Source: Paramoeba atlantica (taxonomy: Eukaryota; Protista; Discosea). Taken from it: a DNA stretch of 57,760 bases. The notes below the pieces were generated by a model. It had not been told where the DNA came from. It was given only the letters and a program-made list of their open reading frames with translations, and ran no database searches. The stretch spans positions 1 through 57,760 of the forward strand of contig CDRNVI010000176.1 of assembly GCA_977017575.1 (NCBI GenBank), given 5' to 3'. The translations under genes and the position numbers were made by a program. Positions 33,933 to 46,700 of the stretch are shown here, one piece after another; positions within the stretch are counted from its first letter, which is position 1; every line of letters begins with the position of its first letter.

Positions 33933-36900
33933 TAAGAGGTTAAAAAAGGAAGGAGGAAAGAGGAAAAGGAGAAAAGAAAGAAAGAAAGAAAACTGAAACA
34001 ATTTTTTTGATTTATGATAATAATAGTTAATGCTTCTTCCAAATCCATTTGTGTCACCATCAACGGATGTGGTGACGCTGGGGTATCCTGCTATTGTTCA
34101 ATATTTTAATTGTCTTCCTCCTCCCCCTGGTTTCTTTTTTCTTTTGTTTTTGTTTTTGTTTTTGTTTTTATTTTTTTTTGTGATTCTTCTTTTTATTTTT
34201 TTTGTGATCTTTTTGATCTTTTTATTTTTTTTTCTACTTTGAATAATTTAATTAATTAAATTTAATTCATTTTATGAATTATTATATCTTTGTTCAGTTT
34301 CTGATTTTTCTTTTATTTTAACTTCGAAACAAAAAACCAAAAAAAACAAAACAGAGAGTCCATTTGATGTAAAATGGAGATGGTTAAGAAGTGGAGTGAG
34401 AAAATATACAATTACAACAGAAGGTGAACTTCAAATCTTTGTTCGGCGAGAGACCCTTCTTTTTGACTCTTTGTCCCAAATTTCTTCTCTTCAGCCATCG
34501 TATTTTCTTTTCTTTTCTTTTCTTTTCTTTTCTTTTCTTTCTTTTCTTTTCTTTTCTCGATTTTTTGTTCATTTAGATTTCTCCTTTTTTGTTTCTTAAA
34601 TCTACTCTTCTCTTCTTCTCTCTTTTCTAATTTCATAAACAAAATAGTGATTTAAGAAAACCGCTTCGAATAAAGTTTTTAGATGAAGATGCGGTTGATT
34701 TGGGTGGTCCAAGAAAGGAATGGTTTCGAAATCTTTGGCAATCTCTTACTGATACTTATAAGGTTTTTTTTTTTAAAATATCTTTTTGTTCTTTTTGGGA
34801 AGAAGAGAGAAAAAAAACAGAAAAAGAAAAAGAGAAAGAGAGAGAGAGGGGAATAATTTTTGATGAAATTTCCCTCTTTTTCTCTTTTTGTTTTAAAAAT
34901 TGTTTTTTTTTTCTTCTTCTTGTTTTAGGGAATGTTTGAATCTTTTGATGGTGGGAGAACACACCAACCTCATCCACTTTCTGGAGTTATTTATCCTCAT
35001 CATCTTGATATGTTTCGTCTTTTTGGGAGAATATTTGCAAAAGGTTTTTTTTTCTTTTTTCTTTTTTTCTTTCTCTCTTTCCTTTTTTCCTTTTTCTTTT
35101 TTTCTTTTTTTCTTTTTTCCTATTTCTTTTTTCCTTTTTCTAACACCTTTTTTTTCTTCTCTCTCTCTCTCTCTCTCTCTCTCCCATCTCAGCCGTCTGG
35201 GAGAGCAGCCCAATCGATTTTCATCTCACATGGTCTTTTTATAATAAACTTTTGGGCAATACTGGTGCAAATAGTACAGAAGAATTTCGTCTTGTTCATC
35301 CTTCTCTTTATGCTTCGATGATTAAACCTCTTTTGGTTAATAATATTCTGGGGCTTGGCGGGTTTGATTTTCTTTTCTCTGATTTTTTTTTTTTTTTTTT
35401 TTATTTTTATTTTTATTTATTTTTTTTATTTATTTTTATTTGGTTTATTATTTTTTTTTATTTTATTTTATTTTGTTTTTTATTTGGTTTATTTTGTTTT
35501 TTTATTTTATTTTATTTTGTTTTTTATTTTTATTTATTTTTTATTTTTATTTTATTTTATTCTTCATTGTTATTCTCATTATTTATGATTATGACAGTGA
35601 TTATGATTATTATTATTTCCTTATTTTTGATGAGAATGATTATTCCTTTTTTTAATTCTCTTTTCCAAAATGATTATTTTTTCTTTTTCTATTTTTTGAG
35701 ATTTATTTTATTTTCAGATTTGACGATATTCCTTTTTGTTGGGAATCCACAATTGAATTACCAGAATCTGATCCTTCTTTTTCTTCTTCTTCTTCTCTTT
35801 CGAAATCTTCTCATTCTGATTCTTCTTCTCCCTCTTATCAAAACTCTTCTTCTTCTTCTTCTCCTCTTTCTTCTCCTTCTTATAAAACCTCTTCTTCTTC
35901 TTTTCCCTTTTCTTCTTCTTCTATTATTGAATGTGAGGGGCAAAAGATGAGGACTTGGAGGAAACTTTTTACTTTGGGAGATTATGAGACTGATGTTTTG
36001 GTGAATGAACAAAATAAGCATGATTTTGCTGAGGTTTTTATTTTATTTTTTATTTTATTTTTTATTTTTTATTTTATTTTTTTTTATATTTTATTGCAGA
36101 TTTTATTTTTTATTTTTATTTATTTTATTGGAGATTTTATTTTATTTTAATTTAATTATTTTTTGGTCTTTCTTTTTAAATGGACTCATTTTTTTTTTAA
36201 CACTTTGTAGCTTTATTGTCATTCGAGAATGTATGATGCCATTAGTGAACAAACCAATGCATTTGTAAAAGGATTTCATGAGGTTTGATTTTTCTCAATT
36301 TTTTAAAGTATTTTCAAAAAGTTTATTATTATTATTATTATTCTATTCTTATTTATTATTATTCTATTCTTATTTATTATTTCTTATGATTATTTCTTAT
36401 TACTATGATTATTAGTCTAATTGAAGTCTATTAATTCAATTTAAATAAATAAGCAATTCATTATTATTATCATCATTATCATTCTTCTTTATTATTCTTA
36501 TTCTTGTTTATTATTTTTTATTATTATTATTTATTGAATAAAAAATAAAATTAATTTAATTTAAAAATAGGTTCTTCCTCTCGAATTAATTCAACCGTTC
36601 AAAGTTTTGGAACTTGAAAATTTAATTTGTGGCTTTACTTGGGTTGATGTTGATGATCTTAAAAATAATACTATTATTGATCTTCCTGGTTTCTTTCTTT
36701 CTTTCTTTCTTTCTCTCTCTCTCTCTCTTCTCTCTTCTCTCTTCTCTCTTCTCTCTTCTCTCTTCTCTCTTCTCTCTTCTCTCTTCTCTCTTTTCTCATC
36801 TCTCCCCTCTTAATTAGGCAATCATCCAAATCCAATGATTGACCCAAAATTCTGGTCTTGTCTTAGCGAATTTAGTCAATTGGATTTGTCTCGTTTGGTC

Positions 36901-37359
36901 CAATTTGTCACAGGTACTCTCACATTTGATTTGATTTTTTTAAATTGATTTTAAATATTGATTTTTATTATTTGTTTTCTTTTTCCAAAATTTCTCCCCT
37001 TTTTTTTCTTTCAATTTTTTATTTCAAATCATTTTTTCAATTTTGGAATTTCAGGTTCATCACAAGTCCCTGCTGGTGGGTTTGGTTATCTCCAACCTCT
37101 TTTTCAAGTCGAGTTTTATTTCGATGAGGAAAAGACCGAAAGGAGAAGAGAGAGGGAGAGAGAAAGAGAGAGGGAGAGAGAAGAAGGAGAAGAAGAAGAA
37201 GAAGAAGAAGAAGAAGAAGAAGAAGAAGAAGAAATGTTGCCTTCTGCGTCGACTTGTTTTAATACTTTGAGGATTCCAAATTATACAACTCGATCGACTC
37301 TTTTTGAGAAGTTGCGATTGGCTATTCATGAATCGACTGATTATTTTGGTCAATTTTGA
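30443..37359 (+). CDS. HECT E3 ubiquitin ligase with an S/P-rich N-terminus, two filamin-type Ig repeats and an LRR block
   Basis: Filamin-like FVVDARDEVGNPLISG and CLTVGKG..FSIIARDCFGN; LRRs LHHLFLADNELGTFP, LEELVLSRNRIKEIP and NPFVSP..GYPAIVQY; HECT motifs IFVRRETLLFDS, IKFLDEDAVDLGGPRKEWF, RLVQFVTGSSQVPAGGF and LPSASTCFNTLRIPNY..KLRLAI..FGQF*. Confidence 0.88.
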
Positions 37360-38214
37360 GAGAAAGAGAAGAGAAAGAGAAGAGAAAGAGAAGAGAAAGA
37401 GAAGAGAAAGAGAAGAGAAAGAGAAGAGAAAGAGAGAGAAAGAGAGAGAAGAGCTAGAGTGAGTCGATTGTTCATGAGTCTACCGATTTTTGAGTCGAGA
37501 AAGAGAGAAAAGAGAGGTTCTTTTGAGGATTCCGAGTTGTTGAGAAAGAGAGGAGAGAAAGAGAAGAGAGAAGAGAAAAAGTTTTCTTGGCACCTTTTGT
37601 GGAGAGAAAGAAAGAAAGAAAGAAGAGATAGAGAAGGTGCTGATTCTTATTCTTATTTATTTCATTTTTTTTCAAAAATGATGTTTTTATTGTGTAATTT
37701 TTTGTGAATAAAAAAAAACTCAAACACTTTTTTCTTGTTTTGTGGATTTTATTCTTGGTTCTTCACCTTTGAGCTTCACCTTTGAGGCCCAGATCGAAGG
37801 GCAAAGAAAATTTCTGTTTTTTCGTTCCGTCATCAAAAAGTGTTTCCTCTTTCCATGTCGAAATACTTTTTCAACAATCTTTTGTTGAGAAAAAGCAATG
37901 GTTTTTTGACCATTCAGCGATTTCGAAAAAAATGAAACCAAAAGTTGGCATGGTATGGGTTTTTATACATTCCATTGTAGTGGCGGTATGGATCTTTTTC
38001 CTTTCTTGAAATTTCCTTTTTGTGTGTCTTTGTTTTTCTTGGTGACAACACATTTCCTCTTCATTCTGAGTTCTGTTCACCTCTTTTCAACGCCAGATCA
38101 ACTTTTAACTTTTGAGACAGTTCTTCTTCTTTTTTGTTTCTCCTCTTTCGATCTCTGTCTCGGTCTCTGCTGTCTCTCCCCCTCTCTGAGTGAATAACTT
38201 TGTTTTCTCAGAAA

Positions 38215-40494
38215 ATGAGCGAAGAAGAAACAAAAGGGAGAAAGAAAAGCTCTGAGGATGTTGGACTTCGTTGTGGAGTTTGTCTTGAAATAATGTGTTG
38301 GGAAAGAGAACCCCTGACTCTCCCTTGTCATCATTCTTTTTGTTTTAGTTGTCTTCAAAAAATATTCATTTCTTCTTCCTCTTCTTCCTCTTCACCTTCT
38401 TCGTCTTCTTCAGCAACAACAACTTCTTCATCTCCCTTTCCTTTTCCCTCTTCTCCCTCTTCCCCCTCTTCTCCCTCTTCTCCCTCTTCTCCCTCTTCTC
38501 CCTCTTCTCCCTCTCCCTCTCCTAAATCTCTCTCTCCCTCTTCTTCGTCTTTGTCTTCTTCCTCTTCTTCTTCATCAACAGCAACAGCTTCATCTTCCTC
38601 TCCCAAATCCTCAAACAGTGGTATTAACGGAGATTGGAAATGTCCAATTTGTCGAGAAAGAATTGAGTGTGAATCTCTCTCCTCTCTTGAAATGAACTTT
38701 TTAATTCCTGATACAATTGATGCTTTACTTTCTTCCAAAATATTGTCATCCCCTTCCTCCAATCAACAAGGTTTATCTTTTTTCTTCTCTTCTTTTCTCT
38801 TCTCTTTCTCTCTTCTCTTTGTATTTATTCTCTTTGTATTTATTCTCTTTGTATTTATTCTCTTTGTATTCTCTTTCTATTTATTCCTTTTCTTTTGCAC
38901 TTTTTTTTTGATGAAACTCAATCTTCAACAATAGATCAAGAATGTTTCAATTTTGAAATGTGCGGAGAAAGAACTCAAATGTTTTGTTCTAAATGTGAGA
39001 TGTTTATTTGTGAAACTTGTAACCCATCTCACAGTTCAAATGTTTTCACTCGAAACCACAAACGTGAACAACATCATCCTCGAAATTCTGATTTATTCTT
39101 GTTTTTCTTTTTTTTTCTTTTTTCCTTTTTTGTTTCTTTGTTTTCTTTTTTTTTTTTTTCTTTTTTCCTTTTTGTTTGATTGTTTAAAATTGATGATTTT
39201 ATTTAGGGAAGGTGGGTTGGATCTTTTGAAAAAGAAACAATGTTCAAAACACAATTCTCTCATTGTGAGTGGGTTTTGTTTTGTGTGTTGTGAGTTTGTT
39301 TGTGTTTGTTGTCTTCTCGAAAAACATGATGAACACAGAAAGGAAGTGAGTTCTCTTGAAGAGAGTGTTTGTAAGAAGAGAGAAAAAGTTGCGAAGATTG
39401 GAGATCGATTGGAGCATAGATTGAAGAAGATTGAAGAAAGGAAAGAAAAAATTGAAAAAGATATCAAAGATTTAGAAAAAGAATTAGAAATGAAAAGGGT
39501 GGAAAAGAAAGAAATCGAATTGGAGAAAGAAGATTTGAGAATGAGACAAGATACGATTATTCGGTTATCCAACACCCCCAGAGATGTTTCTCTTTTTGAA
39601 GAAGATCTTTTTTCGTTACTCCTCGAAACTGCGAACAACATCGTGAATGAATCATCGCCATTACCAATGAAAGGAGTGGTTTGCGGAGATGATGGTCTTC
39701 GTTTTGTTCGTTCATTGCGATGTGATCAACCTTTTGGAGTGAGTGTGAATCGTGTTGGTACTTTTTTCATTTGTGAAGATTATTTTTTGAGAGTGATGGG
39801 TCGCGAATGGAATGGGGTTGAATCAGTTGAAAAAGCAATCAATTCACAAAAAATGATTCCTGTTGATGTGGCAATTGGATTGAATGATGAAATTGTGATT
39901 CTTGATTGGGCAGAGTTTAAAGTTGTAGTTTTCAACAAAGAAGGAGAATCAATCAGATTATTTGGATCAAAGGGTTCTCAATTTGGACAGTTTAAAGAGC
40001 CTTATGGTTTGGTTGTTGATGGAGAAGGTCGAATTATTGTTGCTGATACTGAGAATCATCGGATTCAAGTGTTCAATAATGATGGATCTTTTCTTTGTTC
40101 TTTTGGTTCGAAAGGTTCTTCTGAAGGTCTGTTTAACAAACCTTTTAGTGTTGGGGTTGATAGAAGAGATGGGCTTCTTGTTATTTCTGATACTTGGAAT
40201 CATCGAATTCAGGTGATGGATATTGAAGGGAATTTGATTCGATGTTTTGGAACAAAAGGAAAAGGAGATTCTCAATTTCTATTTCCAAGAGGTGTTGATG
40301 TGGATGGGGAAGGTCGAATTGTTGTTTGTGATTATGGAAATAAGAGAGTGAGTGTGTTTGAGAAAGATGGAACGTTTCTTTTTTCGTTTGGGAAAGATCA
40401 CTTGGAAAATCCGAGTCGAGTTGTTGTTGATTCATTTGGTTCGATCTTGGTGCTAAACAAACAATCAGTTCAATTGTGGGAATCAAAAATCTAA
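38215..40494 (+). CDS. TRIM-NHL-type protein (RING, two B-boxes, coiled coil, NHL repeats)
   Basis: RING CGVC..LPCHHSFCFSC..CPIC; B-box1 C..C..FCSKCEMFICETC..H..H; B-box2 CSKH..FCFVCCEFVCVCC..H..H; coil; NHL repeats GSKGSQFGQFKEPYGLVVD..IIVADTENHRIQVF. Confidence 0.9.
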
Positions 40495-40723
40495 TAAAAA
40501 AATGATAAAACTCTTTCATTTCCCTTTGAAAAATGTTAAAACAATAACCCCTATTTCTTCTTTTGCTTCACCAAAAAAACAAAAGATGATTTCCATGTGA
40601 GAAAAATGTTCATTTTTTTCGTCGAATTTTTTCGCATTTTTTGTTTTTCCGTTTTTTTTTGGAAGGAAAAAGAGAAAAGAAAAGAAAAGAAAAAAGAAAG
40701 AAAAGAAATAAGAAAAGAAAAAA

Positions 40724-43700
40724 ATGTTTTTGTCTTCTCGTTTGTGGAGTTTTTCTTCTTCTTCTTCTTTCTCTTCTTCTCGAATCCAATCTCTTTCTCT
40801 TTTAAGAAGAGCTTCTTCTTCTCTTTCTCCTTCTCCTCTCTCTCTCTCTCCTTCTTCTCTCTCTTCTTCTCGAATCCAATCTCTTTCTCTTTTAAGAAGA
40901 GCTTCTTCTTCTCTTTCCTCTTCTCCTTTCTCTTCTCTCTCTTCTCCTTTTCTTTCTCCTCTCTCTTCTTCTCTCATTCCCTCTTCTCCTCTCTCTTCTC
41001 CTTTCTTTCTCTCTCCTTTCTCTTCTGTGTCTTCTTCTGAAGAGAATGAAGAGAAAGAGAAGAGAGAAGAAGAAAAGAGAGAAGAGAAAGAGAAAGTTCT
41101 TTTGATTGATGTTAGCTGTATTGTTTATCGGTTCTTTTTTTCTTTTTTTCTTTTTTTCTTTTTTCTTTTTCTTGTTCAATGACCCCATTTGCATTTAATT
41201 GAATTTATTTTTCATAATATTAACAAAAGTGGGAGTGAAATCTATGTCATTTTAATTTCGATTTAATTTAGTTTAATTTTTATTTTTATTTTTAATTTAA
41301 TTTATTTTTTATTTTTTATTTTAATATTAATTGAATATTATTTTAATATTAATTTAATATTATTTTAATATTCATTTAATATTAATTTAATATTAATTTA
41401 TATATGATGACAGGGGATATCATGCAACAAAGGAGGGAGTGAAATCTCATCCTGCTTTGAAATCATTTATCAAGTTTTTCATTTTTCTTTTCTTTTTCTC
41501 TTCTCTTTTTCATTTTTCTCTTTTTCACATTCTTTTTCTCTTTTCTTTGTTTCTTCTTTCCTTTCCCCTCTTCCCCTCTTCCCCTCTTCCCCTCTTCCCC
41601 TCTTCCCCTCTTCCTTTCCTTCCCCCCTCTTCTCTCTTCTCTCTTCTCTCTTCTCTCTCTTCTCTCCTCTCTTTCTAATAATAAAAAAAAAGGTCAACAT
41701 TAAAATTATTAAAAGATTTTAAACCAACTCATTTGGGTTTTGTTTTTGATTCCCAGAAAAATTGGAGAAAAGATATCGATTTTGATTATAAGTTCTTTTT
41801 TTTTTCTTTTTTTTTTCTCTTTTTTTCTTTTTTTTTTTCTTTCTTTTTTTCTTTCTTTCTTTCTTTCCTTTCTTTCCTTTTTCTTTCTTTTTCTCTTTTT
41901 GAGGAAATACAAAGATCAAGGCGACTCTTCAATTGACATTTTTTCTTTCTTTCTCTCTCTCTCTCTTCTCTTCCTCTCCTCTCTTTTCCAGAGCGAACCG
42001 AAAAAAACAAGAGGATAGATTAAGAGACGATTGGCCTCATATCAAAAAGGTTCCTCTTTCTTCTTTCTCTCTCTCCTCTCTCTCTTTTCTCCCTTTCTTT
42101 TCTCCCTTTCTTTCTCTTTCCTTTTTCCCTTTCTCATATCTTTTTTTCTCTTCTCTTCTCTTCTTCTCTTCTCTTCTCTTCTTCTTCTCTTCTTCTTCTC
42201 TTCTTCTTCTCTTCTTTCAGGTGATTGAAGTATTTGGAGGAAAAGAGATTGAGATAGAGGGATTTGAAGCAGATGACACAATCGCCTCTCTTTGTCAATC
42301 TTCTGCAAATTTACATTATGATATTGTTATTGCTTCAAATGATAAAGGTTTTCTCTCTTCTCTCTCTCTTCTCTCTCTCTTCTCTCTCCTTTCTCTCCTT
42401 TTTCTATTTTCTTTTCTTTTCTCGTCTTCTCTTTGTCATTCTTTTGCAAATTTACATTATGATATTGTTATTGCTTCTAGTGATAAAGGTCTTCTCTTTT
42501 CTCTCTCTCTTTTCTCTCTCTCTCTCTCTCTCTCGCCTTTCTCTCTTTCCTCTCTCCCTCTCTTTTCTTTCTCTCTTTTATTTTCTTTTATCGCCTCTCT
42601 TTGTCATTCTTTTGCAAATTTACATTATGATATTGTTATTGCTTCTAATGAAAAAAGGTCTTTTCTTTCTCTCTTTTCCTTCTCTCTTTTCCTTCTCTCT
42701 TTTCCTTCTCTTTATATTTGATAATTTTAATACAGTCATATTGATCACCCCCTCTTACTCTTTCCTCTCTTTCCTCTCTTTCCTCTCTTTCCTCTCTTTC
42801 CTCTCTTTCCTCTCTTTCTTCTTTATTTAAATAATTCCTCTTCAATATTCTTATTTTCTTATTTTAAAAATTAAAAAAAAAAATAGATTTTTGCCAATTA
42901 ATAAACGAGAGAGTCAAAATTTACAATCCACAAAAAAAGATAATGATTGATGAAAAGTATGTGAAACAAGAGTATAAAATTCCTCCTTTTTTGTTTTCTG
43001 ATTATTTGGCTCTTGTTGGTGATGCAGGTTTTTTTTTAGTTTTTTTTTTAATTTTATTTTAATTTTTTTATTTATTTAATTTTTTAATTTTTCGATTTCG
43101 ATTTCTTTTTCTTTTTTTTTATATTTCTTTTTCTTTTTTTCAGTTTTCTAAAATTTTCTACTTATTAAATCAGCTGATGGGATCTCAAAAGTAAACAAAA
43201 TAACAAAAAATCGACTTGTTGAGTTATTACAACAGTCTGGGGGAGTAGAGAATCTTTTGTCTCTTGCTGAAAAAGAACAAGAGGTTTTTTTTTTATTTTT
43301 TATTTTTTTTTTGTTTCTTTTTTCTTTTTTCTTTTTCTTTTTTTCTCTTTTTTCTTTTTCTTTTTTTCTCTTTTTTCTCTTTTTTCTCTTTTTCTCTTTT
43401 TCTCTTTTCTCTTTTTCTCTTTTTCTCTTTTCTCTTTTTCTTTACTGAATTTAACTCTGAATTGAATTTCTATTTTAATTTTTTCTTTTCTTTTTAAAAA
43501 TAGTTGGAAAATTCAAATGTAAATCTCACTCCAAAAGAGAAAGATTTACTAGATCCTCAACAAATCAGACACCACAAAAATTTGGTTTTTTTTTCACTCA
43601 TTATTTAAAAAATTAATTTCTTTTTTTTTTATTTTCTTTTCTTTCTCTTTCTCTTTCTGAAAATTAATTTCTTTTTTTTTTATTTTCTTTTCTTTCTCTT

Positions 43701-46700
43701 TCTCTTTCTGAAAATTCACATTTCCCTCTCTTCTCATTTTCTCTCTCTTCTCTTCTCTCTCTTCTCTCTCTTCTCTTTTTCTCTCTCTTGTAGACGACAC
43801 TTCGAACAGATGGAGATGTTTCAATTTTAGATTTAAAATGGGACAGAATTAAAAGAGGAGAATGGGAGCTATTTAAAAAAGAATATGAATTGACAGCGAT
43901 TTATCCTGAGAATTCATTATTTGTATTTTTTCTTTATTTTTTTGGAAAGGAGAGAGAAAGAGAGAGAAGAAAGAGAGAAAGAAAGAGAAAGAGGGAAGAA
44001 GAGAAAGAAAGAGAAAGAAAGAGAAAGAAAAAGAAAAGAAAAAAAAGAGAAAGAAAAAAGAAATAGGAAGAAAAGAGAGAAAATGAAAAGAAAAATGGCT
44101 TATTTTTTTTAAAAAAGGATCAAGGAAATGAATTTTGTGATGACGGGATTCCTGTACTTGATGAAGACACTGAATGGGACCCTATTGGGGTTTTTTTCCT
44201 TTTCTTTTTTTTTCTCTCTTTTTCTTTCTCTTTTTCTTTCTCTTTCTTCTCTTTCTCTTTTTCTTTTCTTTTCTTTTTTCTTCTCTTTCAAAACTCTCAT
44301 TTTTTTATTTATTTTCAGATTCCCTTTGAAGAACATGGTTTAACTCCCCCAGACCGTGTTACAATCGTCCAAACGTATTTTTCATTTTATAATTATTATT
44401 ATATTATCACTCTTTAATTTTTTTGGAATTTTAATTCAATTATTATTATTAATTTTTAATCATCAATAATAAAGAAAAATAATAAATAAGAAAGAAAAAA
44501 AGAAGAAAAAGAGAAGAAAAAGATTTTGATTTTTTGAATTTTTTGAATTTTTTGAATTTTTTATTCTTTTTTGATGATTATTTTTTTAAAAGTGCAGAGA
44601 AAGCAAGAGAAGTTGTTCAGCAACTGAGAACTTTGAAGGTTGTTTTTCTCTCTCTTCTCTTCTCTCTCTTCTCTTCTCTCTCTTCTCTTTTCTCTCTCCT
44701 CTTTCTTCCCTTTCTCTTCTTCTCTCTCTTTTCTCTCATTCATTATTTTATTTTAATTTTCTTTTTGAAGAAACCATACCATGCTGTTGATACAGAAGTA
44801 ATTGATATTGATGTTAAAAAACAAGTTCTTTTTTATTTATTTTTATTTATTTATATTTTTTATTTCTTTTTTTCTATTTCTCTTTTATTTCTTTTTTATT
44901 TCTTTTTTATTTATTTCTTTTTCTTTCCTTTCTCTTTTCTCTTTTTCTCTTTTTCTCTTTTCAAAAAATAAATCTTCATCTTCGAAACAAACAGTCACCA
45001 GTTTACAACGGAAAAGTAATTTGTCTCTCAATCTTTTGTGGAGATGATGTCAATTTTGGGAATGGTCCTCTTTTGTGGGTCGATACCACTTGTCAAGTTT
45101 TTCTCTCTTTCTTTTTTTTTTTCTCTTTCTTTTTTTCTTTCTCTTTCTTTTTTTCTTTCTCTTTCTTTTTTTTTCTCTTTTTTTATTTTTTGTTTTTTGG
45201 ACAATGTTTTTTTTCTTCTTTGATTTGAGCCTGTTTTTTGCTCTCTCTCTTTTTTGTTATTGTGATTATTTTTTCTCTTTCTTTTTTAACATTCTCATTT
45301 TTTGTTTAAAAAGGGAGTTCTTGAAGAGTTTAAACCTTATTTTTCTGATCCTGAGGTTGCACTTTTTTTTTTTCTTTGAAATGTAAAAAATTGGAAAAAA
45401 AAAATAAAAAAAAATGAAAAAAAACATTTCTTTTTAGATCAAAAAAGTTTTTCATCATTATAGTTTTGATTACCATGTTCTCACCAATCACGGAATCGAG
45501 GTTTACTTTTCTCTTTTCTTTTCTCTTTTTCTTTTCTTTTTCTTCTCTTTTTCTTCTCTCTCTTTCTTTTTCTCTTTTGACAATTATTTTCCCTATTTTT
45601 CTCTTTGATAGGTGAAAGGTTTTGGAGGAGACACAATGCATATGGCACGTCTTTGGGATGCTTCTCGTCTTCGATATTCTCTTGAAGCTTTAACACATGT
45701 TTTCTCTTCTCTTTCTTCTTCTTCTTCTTCATTCTCTCTTCTTCTTTCTCTTCCTTTTTCTTTCTTCTTTTCCTCTTTCTCTTTTCTCAATCCAATATAA
45801 AAAAAAATGTAGGATTGTTTGGAGAAAAAATTTCACAAAATCCCAATCTCAAAATTATTTGGTTATCATTCAAGAAAGAAAGATGGGGGTGTGAGAAAGG
45901 TTTTTTTTTTGTCTTCTTTTTTTTATATCTCTTTCAGAAGAAGAAAAGCATTAGAAAATGAAAACAAATCAAAGGAAAAAATTGAATTAAAATTCAAATT
46001 TTAGGCAATTGAAATTCCCCCTATTATGGAGCTCCAACAAAATCCCAAGTAAAATAATCTCTTTACTCTTTTCCTTTTTCTTTAAAATAACCAAAAAAAT
46101 CGTCTCATTTTCTCATTTTCTCTTTTTTTTTCATCCAATTTTTTTTTATATTAATCAATTTTTTTTTTTTTAAAATATAGTTATATTGAAAAGTGGATTG
46201 ACTATTCTGTTTCTGATGCGGAAGTCACATGGCATTTAAGAGATCAACTTCAAAAAGAATTGTGTGAATTACAAGTTTTTTTTTTTTCTTTTTTTTTTTT
46301 AACATTTTTTTTTCTTTCAAATGTAGAAATTTCTTTTTCTTTTCTCTTTTCCTTCTTGTTTACAATTCTAATTTTATAAATTCTAATTTTCCATAGTGGG
46401 TGGGGAAAAAAGACTCTCAGTTCACACAATGGGATTTATATCAAACTTACTGGCTTCCTTTTGGCCAAGTATTAGTTGATATGGAGGTCTTTCTTTCTTT
46501 TATCTTTTTCTGTTCTTTTTTTTTTTTTTTTTGATTTCTTTTTTGGCAGCGGGATGGGTTTCATATTAATGTTGAATATTTGGAAAATGCAAAAGAAAAA
46601 GCTCTTCAACATCGAGATGACTTTCAACAACATTTCATTTCTTGGGTTTCTCTTTTCTGTTGTGATTCCATAAAAAGTATTCATTTTTTTAAAAGAGAAA

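Noticed and set aside
37700-38150. Possible small gene between the HECT and TRIM genes
   Set aside because: Only short ORFs on both strands, with no motif or consistent exon pattern.
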